Source: an uncultured virus (IMG/VR IMGVR_UViG_3300020379_000310) (taxonomy: Duplodnaviria; Heunggongvirae; Uroviricota; Caudoviricetes). From it: DNA of 20,000 nucleotides. The translations under genes and the position numbers were made by a program. The DNA lies in IMG/VR virus record IMGVR_UViG_3300020379_000310; one strand, written 5' to 3'. Every line of letters begins with the position of its first letter. The first letter of the stretch is position 1. Below are positions 1 through 7,990 of the stretch, one piece after another. The notes below the pieces were generated by a model, which was given only the letters and a program-made list of their open reading frames with translations, had not been told where the DNA came from and did not search any database.

Positions 1-469
1 TCTTTTCCCCTTGGTCAGTACACCATAACATGACACTAGAGTTATATAATGTGCCACGCATATCTGTAAATCTTCTGTCATTGAGAACTTTTGGATTTTC
101 CCAATTGGAATAAATCATGTGCGGAGTTTTCGATAGTTCAAATATGTCATCGATGTTATTTTGAATGATAACATCTAAATCCAAATAACAAAAAGGCCCT
201 TTGGTTTTTAACCAGTGGTGAGAATTTAGTACGAGAAATTTTGACCTATCCCAACAGAAGTTTTCTTGACCAAACCAATGCCGTGGATGGAGAGGGTCTA
301 CATTGGGTATAGACCGAATCTTAATATCCTTGTGTATATCTTCTGGTTCGTCTGTGTAGCATATGAACTTAAACCTTTTGGTGTAGTTCTGCTGAACCAT
401 TCTGTATAAATTGTTTACATATTCTGGAGAGTACTTATTGCCCCATTTCATGCAAAGAAAGTGCATCAT
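1..469 (-). CDS. Putative GT-A fold glycosyltransferase-like protein (3'-truncated by window edge; not in ORF track)
   Basis: Manual translation from ATG at 469: MMHFLCMKWGNKYSPEYVNNLYRMVQQNYTKRFKFICYTDEPE...PFCYLDLDVIIQNNIDDIF...LYNSSVMLWCTDQGEK. It has a DxD motif (YLDLD) and NSSVM, is open to base 1, and is a paralog of 435..1088, which it overlaps by 35 nt. Confidence 0.75.
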   Translation of the reverse strand, partial: MMHFLCMKWGNKYSPEYVNNLYRMVQQNYTKRFKFICYTDEPEDIHKDIKIRSIPNVDPLHPRHWFGQENFCWDRSKFLVLNSHHWLKTKGPFCYLDLDVIIQNNIDDIFELSKTPHMIYSNWENPKVLNDRRFTDMRGTLYNSSVMLWCTDQGEK

Positions 470-1088
470 AATATTTTTGTCTCAAATTGTAATTGACTTC
501 ATTTTGTCCGTTTAGTAGAACAATTGGATAATCTTTTTTTATTTGATGAGCTCTTGGTGAAGTATCTGTTTCCATATCTACCCCAGCAAGAAAAGAATAT
601 ATCAATCCTTTTGGGAATGTTCTTTTGAAAAACCTTCCATCATATAAAAAATTATCATCCTTACCATCGTATTTATGCAAGTTAAAATCAAAGTTTTTGA
701 AAAACGACTCTGTTATATAGGCGGCATTATCACAGTGCCACGCCATGACACTAGAGTTCCACGCACCGCCAAAGTCTTTCCAGTAAGTTTCACATATAGT
801 GGGTTCATCACAATACCCAAACAGTGGCTCAAGGTCTCCCTGTACGATTAAATCTAAGTCTAAATATAAAGTTGGGCCACCAAAATCTTTGCCAAGAAGT
901 AAAATTTTTTCCCAGTTGCCCAGACCAGTAGACTTCTGTGTAAGTATTCCTTGTTGTAATCCTTCTGGGTCATCGGTGCGACACCAAAAGTTACCACCCT
1001 GTAGATAAGGTTTACACATATTATAAATAGTGTTTACATCATTGGAAGAGTATTTGTTTCCGTATTTTAGCGTAACAATTGTTCTCAT
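435..1088 (-). CDS. Putative GT-A fold glycosyltransferase-like protein
   Basis: Motifs LKYGNKYS..DVN.IY, CRTDD, W.K, LYLDLDLIV (DxD), WNSSVMAW and DDNFL are typical of phage glycosyltransferase-like proteins resembling GT8. Confidence 0.75.
   Translation of the reverse strand: MRTIVTLKYGNKYSSNDVNTIYNMCKPYLQGGNFWCRTDDPEGLQQGILTQKSTGLGNWEKILLLGKDFGGPTLYLDLDLIVQGDLEPLFGYCDEPTICETYWKDFGGAWNSSVMAWHCDNAAYITESFFKNFDFNLHKYDGKDDNFLYDGRFFKRTFPKGLIYSFLAGVDMETDTSPRAHQIKKDYPIVLLNGQNEVNYNLRQKYYDALSLHEMGQ
1022..1029 (+). promoter_or_regulatory. T4-type late promoter (gp55-dependent) TATAAATA, inside the antisense GT gene
   Basis: Perfect TATAAATA 78 nt upstream of the ATG at 1107; the only perfect late box noticed upstream of the 1107-3109 genes. 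Confidence 0.6.
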
Positions 1089-1106
1089 AATTTAAAGGTA
1101 TATTCC

Positions 1107-1442
1107 ATGGCAAAAAAAGTAATTAAAAATTTAACGATAGACCAAGGTGCAACCTTTAGCGAGACCTTAACTGTAACTACAGATGGGTCAACCGCTAAAA
1201 ATCTTACTGGCTATACAACAACATCACAGTTCAGAAAAAGCTATGACAGTACTACTTATACAAGTTTTACAACCGCTCAAGTTGACGCTACTGGAGTTAT
1301 AACTTTATCTCTGACTGCTACACAAACTACCGCGTTAAAGTCTGGTAGATATGTATATGATGTTGAAATTGCAAATTCGCCAGAAGTACTTAGAGTACAA
1401 GAAGGTATCATAACAGTAACACCACAAGTAACTAAATCATAA
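1107..1442 (+). CDS. Small beta-rich virion structural protein (BppU-N/Ig-like; common in marine T4-like phages)
   Basis: NLTIDQGATF...NLTGYT..SQFRKSY...G.ITLSLTATQT.ALKSGRYVYDVEI...RVQEGIITVTPQVT is a recognisable family pattern; Thr-rich. Confidence 0.7.
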   Translation: MAKKVIKNLTIDQGATFSETLTVTTDGSTAKNLTGYTTTSQFRKSYDSTTYTSFTTAQVDATGVITLSLTATQTTALKSGRYVYDVEIANSPEVLRVQEGIITVTPQVTKS

Positions 1443-1451
1443 GGAAGAACA

Positions 1452-1595
1452 GTGACAAAAGATTTTCGTAGTGTACAACAGGACTTGACCGAATTAAATG
1501 GGGATGGTAACCGCGATAGGGGTAGGTATGGTGAAGACGAACCTAAAGAAAACCTAGAGGAAAAACCTAATTCGGAGACCCAAAAGGAAGAATAA
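1452..1595 (+). CDS. Small 47-aa hypothetical protein (below ORF-track cutoff)
   Basis: GTG at 1452 preceded by AAGGAAG (1441-1447). Translation MTKDFRSVQQDLTELNGDGNRDRGRYGEDEPKENLEEKPNSETQKEE*. Its TAA overlaps the next ATG (TAATG at 1593-1597) and it fills the gap between neighbouring genes. Confidence 0.7.
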   Translation: MTKDFRSVQQDLTELNGDGNRDRGRYGEDEPKENLEEKPNSETQKEE

Positions 1596-3109
1596 TGGAC
1601 GAGCTAAAAAAACTCTTTGAAGCAGTTGCAAAAGAAAAAACTAGAAACCAGCAATTGCAAAAAGAAGAAATTCTCAAAGAAGTAGAGAAGTCTCAAAAGA
1701 AGAAAACCCACAGTAAAAAAGTCCAAGAGGATTTCTGGGGGGTGTTTAAGAGCGAGTTAAATAAACTTTCAGAAGTTGAAGAACAAAACAAAAATAAGTT
1801 ACAAAAGTTAGAAGAAATCAGAGATGAATTTAAAGATGTAACTCCAATCATATATGAAGAAGAGGTTGAAGAGGTACAGGAACAAGTTGTTCCAGATTTC
1901 TTTGCAGACATTGACCCACAAAAAATGGCATCAGAGTTTGATATTCGACCAGTGAGTCAGATATCAGAAAATGATATGTCTCAATCTGAACCATATGAAT
2001 TAAAAGACCATCCTACTACACTTGTAGAAATGCCAGATAAAACAGTAGACCCAGACATTTCTATATTAGAAGCAAAAGTTAATAAGTTAGAATTGAAATA
2101 TGCTGGTTTAGTGGATGAAGAACCAGAAGAGATAACAGAAGAATCACAACCAGAGTCATTCAATGTAAGTAAGGATGCCTATAGTGCGGTCATGGATGTC
2201 CTTAATCTCAAACCTGTAGAGAAGAAAGACAAGGACGAAAGACAATTACAAGAACTCGCGGTACAATATCTTGCTGATAAGAAACAGTCTGTACAGGAAC
2301 AAGTTGATGAGACTGCAAGTGTACAGAAACAAATAAACGAAATCAATACAAACATCCGACAATTGATATTGGGTATGCAAGGTATCGGTGGCGGTGGTGA
2401 AGTTAGATTAGAATTCCTAGATGATGTTGACCGTTCATCCGCTACAACAGATGGTAGGTTCTTACGCTATAGTTCTTCCACTAAGAAGTGGGAAGGCATT
2501 GCAATTGATACAGGTGACCAAGCTGCAATACTGGATAATTCTGGAACACCATCACTTGCATCTGGTGTAACAGCAGCTGAAATTAGAACATTAATTGATG
2601 CCCAACCAACTGGTTCTTATGTAACTCTTAGTTCATTATCTGTGGGTAGTGAAGCATCTGCATCTGGTGACGGAGGAATTGCATATAATAATTCTACTGG
2701 TGTATTCACATACACACCACCAGATTTAAGTTCATTTGCGACACTCGCTAGTCCAGCACTTACTGGTAATCCTACTGCGCCAACACAATCCGCGAGTGAT
2801 AATAGTACAAAGATTGCTACTACTGCTTATGTTGAAACAGCTACTGCAAATCTTGTTGACTCTGCTCCCTCAACTTTAAACACTTTAAATGAACTTGCGG
2901 CTGCTTTGGGAGATGATGAAAACTTTTCTACTACAGTAACAAATAATATTGCTACTAAAGCACCACTTGCTAGTCCATCATTAACAGGAACACCAACTGC
3001 TCCAACCGCGTCTACTGGTACAGATACAACACAAATCGCCACTACAGCATTTGTAAAACAGGAAATTGATGCGCTCAAGGCCTTGTTATACGCTTACGAC
3101 CAATCCTAA
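1595..3109 (+). CDS. Fibre-like virion protein: acidic coiled-coil N-half, GGGGEVRLEFLDDVD hinge, C-terminal tail-fibre repeats
   Basis: C-terminus has two LASP.LTG.PTAPT......T.IATTA[YF]V repeats flanking LVDSAPSTLNTLNELAAALGDDENF, as seen in P2 gpH-type tail fibres. Lies directly upstream of gp13. Confidence 0.65.
   Translation: MDELKKLFEAVAKEKTRNQQLQKEEILKEVEKSQKKKTHSKKVQEDFWGVFKSELNKLSEVEEQNKNKLQKLEEIRDEFKDVTPIIYEEEVEEVQEQVVPDFFADIDPQKMASEFDIRPVSQISENDMSQSEPYELKDHPTTLVEMPDKTVDPDISILEAKVNKLELKYAGLVDEEPEEITEESQPESFNVSKDAYSAVMDVLNLKPVEKKDKDERQLQELAVQYLADKKQSVQEQVDETASVQKQINEINTNIRQLILGMQGIGGGGEVRLEFLDDVDRSSATTDGRFLRYSSSTKKWEGIAIDTGDQAAILDNSGTPSLASGVTAAEIRTLIDAQPTGSYVTLSSLSVGSEASASGDGGIAYNNSTGVFTYTPPDLSSFATLASPALTGNPTAPTQSASDNSTKIATTAYVETATANLVDSAPSTLNTLNELAAALGDDENFSTTVTNNIATKAPLASPSLTGTPTAPTASTGTDTTQIATTAFVKQEIDALKALLYAYDQS
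2744..3055 (+). repeat. Two 30-codon tail-fibre repeats (2744-2833 and 2966-3055)
   Basis: LASPALTGNPTAPTQSASDNSTKIATTAYV versus LASPSLTGTPTAPTASTGTDTTQIATTAFV. Confidence 0.85.
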
Positions 3110-3113
3110 GTCT

Positions 3114-3121
3114 TATAAATA
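3114..3121 (+). promoter_or_regulatory. T4-type late promoter TATAAATA for the gp13 operon
   Basis: Perfect consensus in the intergenic gap, with SD-like AGGGG before the ATG at 3157. Confidence 0.85.
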
Positions 3122-3156
3122 GTCAAAGTATTAAAACTATTTAAATAGGGGTTCAC

Positions 3157-4113
3157 ATGGCTTTATCCACAAGACAAGGACTCATTGACTATTGTTTACG
3201 AAGGTTGGGACACCCTGTAATAGAAATCAATGTCGATGAAGACCAAATATCAGATAGAATCGATGACGCCTTTCAACATTGGAATGAGTACCATTTCGAT
3301 GGTGTCGAAAGGGCATACATCAAACATAAACTAACTGGTTCAACATTAACCTTAACTGGTAGCGCTACTTTTGAAACTGGAGAAACCATTACTGGTGGAA
3401 CATCTGGTGCAAAATCAACGGTACACGAATCAAGTTCTGGTACTTCAGTAGTATATGAAAAATCAAGTACAGCAGCTGCATTTGAGGCGAATGAGGTTAT
3501 TACTGGTTCAAATTCTGGTACAACTGCTACGATACAAAGTATATCAAAGGGAGATATAGAAAACGGATACATCCCAATAGGTAACGAAGTATTAAATATA
3601 GTTAGAGTATTTAAGTTTGGTGCATTAGTTGGTAGTAAATCAGATGGACTATTTGATGTAGATTATCAATTTGCATTGAATGACTTATATAATCTACTTT
3701 CTGCTGATATTACATACTACTCAATGGTCAAGACACACATGAATTTATTGGAAAACATTTTCAGAAATGAAAGACCCATTAGGTTCAATAGAAAAACAAA
3801 CAGACTATATCTTGATACAGATATGGATGGAACATTTGACATTGATAATTACATTGTCGCGGAGGCATATTCAATTATAGACCCCGCTACATTTACAGAA
3901 GTCTACGATGATATGTTCTTAAAAAGATATGCGACTGCTCTTATCAAGAGGCAGTGGGGCGAGAATATGAAAAAGTTTGGGGGAATCGCGTTGCCAGGCG
4001 GTGTAACACTGAATGGTGACCAGATATATGGAGAGGCAATTCAAGAAGTTTCTATTATAGAAGATGAAATGCAAATGAAATATGAATTACCCCCAATGAT
4101 GATGACAGGGTAG
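3157..4113 (+). CDS. gp13: Neck protein gp13
   Basis: STRQGLIDYCLRRLGHPVIEINVDEDQI.DRIDDA and LKRYATALIKRQWGENMKKFGGIALPGGVTLNG; synteny. Confidence 0.95.
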   Translation: MALSTRQGLIDYCLRRLGHPVIEINVDEDQISDRIDDAFQHWNEYHFDGVERAYIKHKLTGSTLTLTGSATFETGETITGGTSGAKSTVHESSSGTSVVYEKSSTAAAFEANEVITGSNSGTTATIQSISKGDIENGYIPIGNEVLNIVRVFKFGALVGSKSDGLFDVDYQFALNDLYNLLSADITYYSMVKTHMNLLENIFRNERPIRFNRKTNRLYLDTDMDGTFDIDNYIVAEAYSIIDPATFTEVYDDMFLKRYATALIKRQWGENMKKFGGIALPGGVTLNGDQIYGEAIQEVSIIEDEMQMKYELPPMMMTG

Positions 4114-4117
4114 ATAA

Positions 4118-4870
4118 ATGGCTACAAATGTTTACTTCCAATCAGGCAATACAAGTGGTACTACTAATGAACAACGATTAGTAGAGGACTTGGTTATTGA
4201 AAGTCTAAAGATATATGGACACGATGTTCACTATATGCCTAGGACTTTGGTAAACAGGGACACCATCTTTGATGAAGATGAGTTATCTAAGTTCACGCAA
4301 CAGTATCCACTCGAAATGTATATGGAAAATGTCGAGGGATATGAGGGTGAAGGAGAACTATTTACTAGGTTTGGAATAGAAATCAGAGACCAAGCAACAT
4401 TTGTTCTTTCCAAGAGAAGGTGGGAACAGATGGTTGATAGAGAAGAAGATGCTGGCGGTACATTCCAGTTGACGGCAAGACCCGCTGAGGGAGACTTGTT
4501 ATACTTTCCTAAAACCAAATCTCTCTTTGAGATTAAACTAGTAGAGTTTCAAAATCCATTCTATCAACTAGGAAAGATTTACACATTCAGACTTCAATGC
4601 GAACTCTTTGAGTACAGTTCAGAAAGATTGGATACTGGTGATACTGATATTGATGGAATAGAAGACCTACAAAGTCTTGACATTCTACAGTTCCAGTTCC
4701 AGTTAGAGAACGGAGACTTGTTGAAACAGGAAAATAATGATACTCTAATATTAGAGAGTTTCCAAACTAGTAGAGGAAATGTTGGTGTTGACAACAAAGA
4801 CTTTGATGACTGGCAGTCAGCATCGAACATACTTGATTTTACGGAAAGTAATCCATTTGGTGAGATATAA
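4118..4870 (+). CDS. gp14: Neck protein gp14
   Basis: EQRLVEDLVIESLKIYGHDVHYMPR, RPAEGDLLYFP, PFYQLGK, CELFEYS, C-terminal DFTESNPFGE. Confidence 0.95.
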   Translation: MATNVYFQSGNTSGTTNEQRLVEDLVIESLKIYGHDVHYMPRTLVNRDTIFDEDELSKFTQQYPLEMYMENVEGYEGEGELFTRFGIEIRDQATFVLSKRRWEQMVDREEDAGGTFQLTARPAEGDLLYFPKTKSLFEIKLVEFQNPFYQLGKIYTFRLQCELFEYSSERLDTGDTDIDGIEDLQSLDILQFQFQLENGDLLKQENNDTLILESFQTSRGNVGVDNKDFDDWQSASNILDFTESNPFGEI

Positions 4871-5865
4871 TGTTTAAAAATAAACAATTTTACAATCAAC
4901 ATACACGCAAAGCCATCATTGCATTTGGTACTATTTTTAATAATATCCAAATAAACAGGGTGAACGCGAGTAGTGTTACTGAACAAGTAGTTAGGGTTCC
5001 ACTTTCTTATTCTACAAAACAAAAGTTTTTGACTAGGATTGAGGCAATTCCAGACACGGAATCGCGTGGAGAGGTTGCAATTAGTTTGCCTCGCATGGGG
5101 TTTGAGATAGTTGGGTTTCAATATGACCCATCCAGAAAAGTCTCACCTATACAGAAAAACATAACTACATCTGGTGCAGCCACAAACTCATACAAAACAA
5201 GTTTTGTTTCCACTCCATATGACATGAACATGTCTTTGTATGTGTTCGCAAAAAATCAAGAGGATGCATTACAAATAGTAGAACAGATTTTCCCATACTT
5301 CAACCCAGACTTTAATGTGACGATAAATGATTTGCCTGAGTTGGGTATTAAAAGAGATATAAAAATAACTTTGGATAGTGTTAGTTATGAAGATACCTTT
5401 GAAGGTTCTTTTGCAGATAGACAAAGTATCAACTGGACACTAAATTTTACAATGAAATTAAATTATTATGGATTTGTAGATAAACAGTCCTTCATTAAGA
5501 AAGCAATAGCAAATGTGTTTGAAAATGAAAACCTAGAAGGGCCTAAAGTACAACTTGGATACTCAGTTGGAACAACACTACCAACCGCAACCGCTACTAT
5601 AGGTAGTGGTTCGGTAACAGGATTTACTATAACATATGGTGGGTCTGGATATACTAGTCCACCAAATATTACTCTTACTGGTAATGCCAGAGCTCACGCG
5701 GAACTTACAGATGGAGTAGTTACCAGTATTGTTATAGATGACGCTGGAAGTGGTTATTCAGAAGCACCTACTGTGACATTTGAGGAACCACCTAATTATA
5801 ATGCAGACCCCTATAAGGATGACCCATATAGGTTCGTGGAGGAGTTTGACCAAACTTATGTATAA
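4870..5865 (+). CDS. gp15: Tail sheath stabilizer/completion protein gp15 with extra C-terminal repeat module
   Basis: FYNQHTRKAIIAFGTIFNNI, VPLSY..KQKF, LPRMGFEI, DALQIVEQIFPYFNP. Confidence 0.93.
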   Translation: MFKNKQFYNQHTRKAIIAFGTIFNNIQINRVNASSVTEQVVRVPLSYSTKQKFLTRIEAIPDTESRGEVAISLPRMGFEIVGFQYDPSRKVSPIQKNITTSGAATNSYKTSFVSTPYDMNMSLYVFAKNQEDALQIVEQIFPYFNPDFNVTINDLPELGIKRDIKITLDSVSYEDTFEGSFADRQSINWTLNFTMKLNYYGFVDKQSFIKKAIANVFENENLEGPKVQLGYSVGTTLPTATATIGSGSVTGFTITYGGSGYTSPPNITLTGNARAHAELTDGVVTSIVIDDAGSGYSEAPTVTFEEPPNYNADPYKDDPYRFVEEFDQTYV

Positions 5866-5867
5866 CT

Positions 5868-6311
5868 ATGCCAAAAAATAAAGTATTTGATGCACTTGAT
5901 AAAACATTCAACACCGTAACTACAGAACTTGCTGAAAAGAAAGGTGGTGCTATCACTGTGCCCGAAAAAGAGGATGAGAAACTAGATAAAGATTTTGAGG
6001 AAGCAAGAAATCTTTTGAAACGCTCTGCTGAGTATGCGGAAGAAGCTGCTCAAGGTATTTTAAATGTTGCTACCAACAGTGACAACCCTCGTGCCTATGA
6101 AGTTGCTGGACAAATTATCAAGACTATGGGTGAACAAGCCAAAGACATGATGGAAGTCCAAGAAAAGAAACACCGAATAGAAAAGAATTCGGATACACCA
6201 AAGACTATTAGTAGAACAACTAACAACTTGGTGTTTACAGGAACAACTTCAGAACTTATGAAACAATTGAAGAAAGAAAACGAAAAAATTATAGACCATG
6301 AATCAGATTGA
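5868..6311 (+). CDS. gp16: Terminase small subunit gp16
   Basis: DFEEAR.LL, SDNPRAYEVAGQIIK, TNNLVFTGTTSELMKQLK; directly upstream of gp17. Confidence 0.92.
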   Translation: MPKNKVFDALDKTFNTVTTELAEKKGGAITVPEKEDEKLDKDFEEARNLLKRSAEYAEEAAQGILNVATNSDNPRAYEVAGQIIKTMGEQAKDMMEVQEKKHRIEKNSDTPKTISRTTNNLVFTGTTSELMKQLKKENEKIIDHESD

Positions 6312-7926
6312 GGCATCATATCACGGTAATCCCAACCTAAAATCAATTGGATATGAACATGATTTTTCTAAGGAACAATTAGAAGAATTAATTAAATGTG
6401 AAAGTGACCCAGTTTATTTTATAGAGAACTACTGTCAAATTGTAACCTTGGATAAAGGTCTACAACCTTTTAAACTGTACGACTGTCAGAAAAGAAAGGT
6501 AGATTTCATTATGAATAATCGAAAGACTATTCTTATGGAAGGTAGACAGCAAGGTAAAACAGTAACAGCAGCTGCGTGTATATTACATTATTCTATATTC
6601 AATGCAGATAAAAACATTGCTATCATGGCGAACAAAACTGCTGCTGCTCGTGAAGTATTAAACAGATATCAAACTATGTATGAGAACCTTCCTGTCTGGA
6701 TGCAACAGGGTGTCAAGACATGGAACAAGGGGGATGTGGACTTAGAGAATGGTTCTCGCGTGTTTACATCTGCAACCACATCATCTGGTATTCGGGGTAA
6801 ATCAGTTAACTGGTTGTACATTGATGAGGCTGCAATCATACCAAATAACATAGCAGAAGAGTTTTTTGCATCTGTATATCCTACTATCTCTGCTGGTGAG
6901 ACCACGAAGATTCTTCTTACATCTACACCACTGGGATACAATCACTTCTGGAAGTTCTGGAATGAATCAGAAAAGGGTACGAATGGATTTCAAAATATGT
7001 TCATTCCCCATACTGAAATCCCAGGCCGAGATGATAACTGGGTAGAAGAACAGTTCAAGTTATTAGGTGAAGTGAAGTTTAACCAAGAGGTGTTGTGTGA
7101 CTTCTTGGGGTCAACGAATACTTTGATTAGTGGTAAATCTCTTGCTACTATGTCATCAACAGACCCAGTATATAAGAAGGATGGTCTGGATATTTATGAA
7201 GAACCTCAAGAAGATAAATATTATGTGATAGCGGCTGACACTGCGAGAGGAATAGGGGGAGATTTTTCTGCCTTTATTGTTATCGACATAACAGCGATGC
7301 CGTTTAAAGTTGTTGGTAAGTATAGAGATAATAAAGTTTCACCTTTATTGTATCCAGACTTCATAGGAAAAGTTGCAAGAGACTACAACGATGCTTATGT
7401 TTTACTTGAGACAAATGATATAGGACAACAAGTTGTAGATATACTTCACCAAGAACTAGAGTATGAGAACATTTTTAGTACAGTACAGGAAAAAACTAAA
7501 CAATATGTTTCGCCTGGCTTCGGAAAACAAAGTACTCTAGGGGTGCGAACATCAAAAGCAGTAAAAAGACAGGGATGTTTGGCACTAAAAAGTTTGATTG
7601 AGGAACAGAAGTTCTTAATATTTGATGCTGAGTGTATAAGTGAACTGTCAACTTTTGTTGAGAGGAGTGGTACATTTGCTGCTGATGAAGGATACCACGA
7701 TGACCTTGCCATGTGTATGGTACTATTTGCATGGTTATCAACCAATACATTCTTTAAGGATTTGACTAATGTCGATATTCGTGACAATTTATACAATTCA
7801 CAAATGAGAATGATAGAAAATGATTTAACACCATTTGGGCTTGTGGTAGACGGACATGAACCAGAAGCAGAAGTTATGGATGGTGACTACTGGATGTTTG
7901 GTGATGAGAAAGAAAAATTTTTATAA
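6298..7926 (+). CDS. gp17: Terminase large subunit gp17
   Basis: YHGNPNLK, Walker A GRQQGKT, Walker B LYIDEAA, motif III TSTP, nuclease ADTARGIGGDFS and HDDLAM. No intein or intron evident. Confidence 0.98.
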   Translation: MNQIEASYHGNPNLKSIGYEHDFSKEQLEELIKCESDPVYFIENYCQIVTLDKGLQPFKLYDCQKRKVDFIMNNRKTILMEGRQQGKTVTAAACILHYSIFNADKNIAIMANKTAAAREVLNRYQTMYENLPVWMQQGVKTWNKGDVDLENGSRVFTSATTSSGIRGKSVNWLYIDEAAIIPNNIAEEFFASVYPTISAGETTKILLTSTPLGYNHFWKFWNESEKGTNGFQNMFIPHTEIPGRDDNWVEEQFKLLGEVKFNQEVLCDFLGSTNTLISGKSLATMSSTDPVYKKDGLDIYEEPQEDKYYVIAADTARGIGGDFSAFIVIDITAMPFKVVGKYRDNKVSPLLYPDFIGKVARDYNDAYVLLETNDIGQQVVDILHQELEYENIFSTVQEKTKQYVSPGFGKQSTLGVRTSKAVKRQGCLALKSLIEEQKFLIFDAECISELSTFVERSGTFAADEGYHDDLAMCMVLFAWLSTNTFFKDLTNVDIRDNLYNSQMRMIENDLTPFGLVVDGHEPEAEVMDGDYWMFGDEKEKFL

Positions 7927-7929
7927 ATA
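7922..7929 (+). promoter_or_regulatory. T4-type late promoter TATAAATA for gp18
   Basis: Perfect consensus overlapping the gp17 stop codon; SD AAGGAG before 7991. Confidence 0.85.
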
Positions 7930-7990
7930 ATTGTCAAGGAATAACTATTTAGTCAAGATAGATTAAAAACGAAATACGAAGGAGAACAAA

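Noticed and set aside
4594..5121. 175-aa minus-strand ORF, plus other antisense or alternate-frame ORFs in the track (e.g. 799-1008, 3273-3572, 7446-7796, 13333-13680, 17125-17508, 19810-19992)
   Set aside because: They lie opposite or within well-conserved genes, have no recognisable motifs, and show the Ser/Phe/Leu-rich composition typical of shadow ORFs.
7932..7937. Minus-strand TTGACA in the gp17-gp18 gap
   Set aside because: No -10 hexamer at 16-18 nt spacing.
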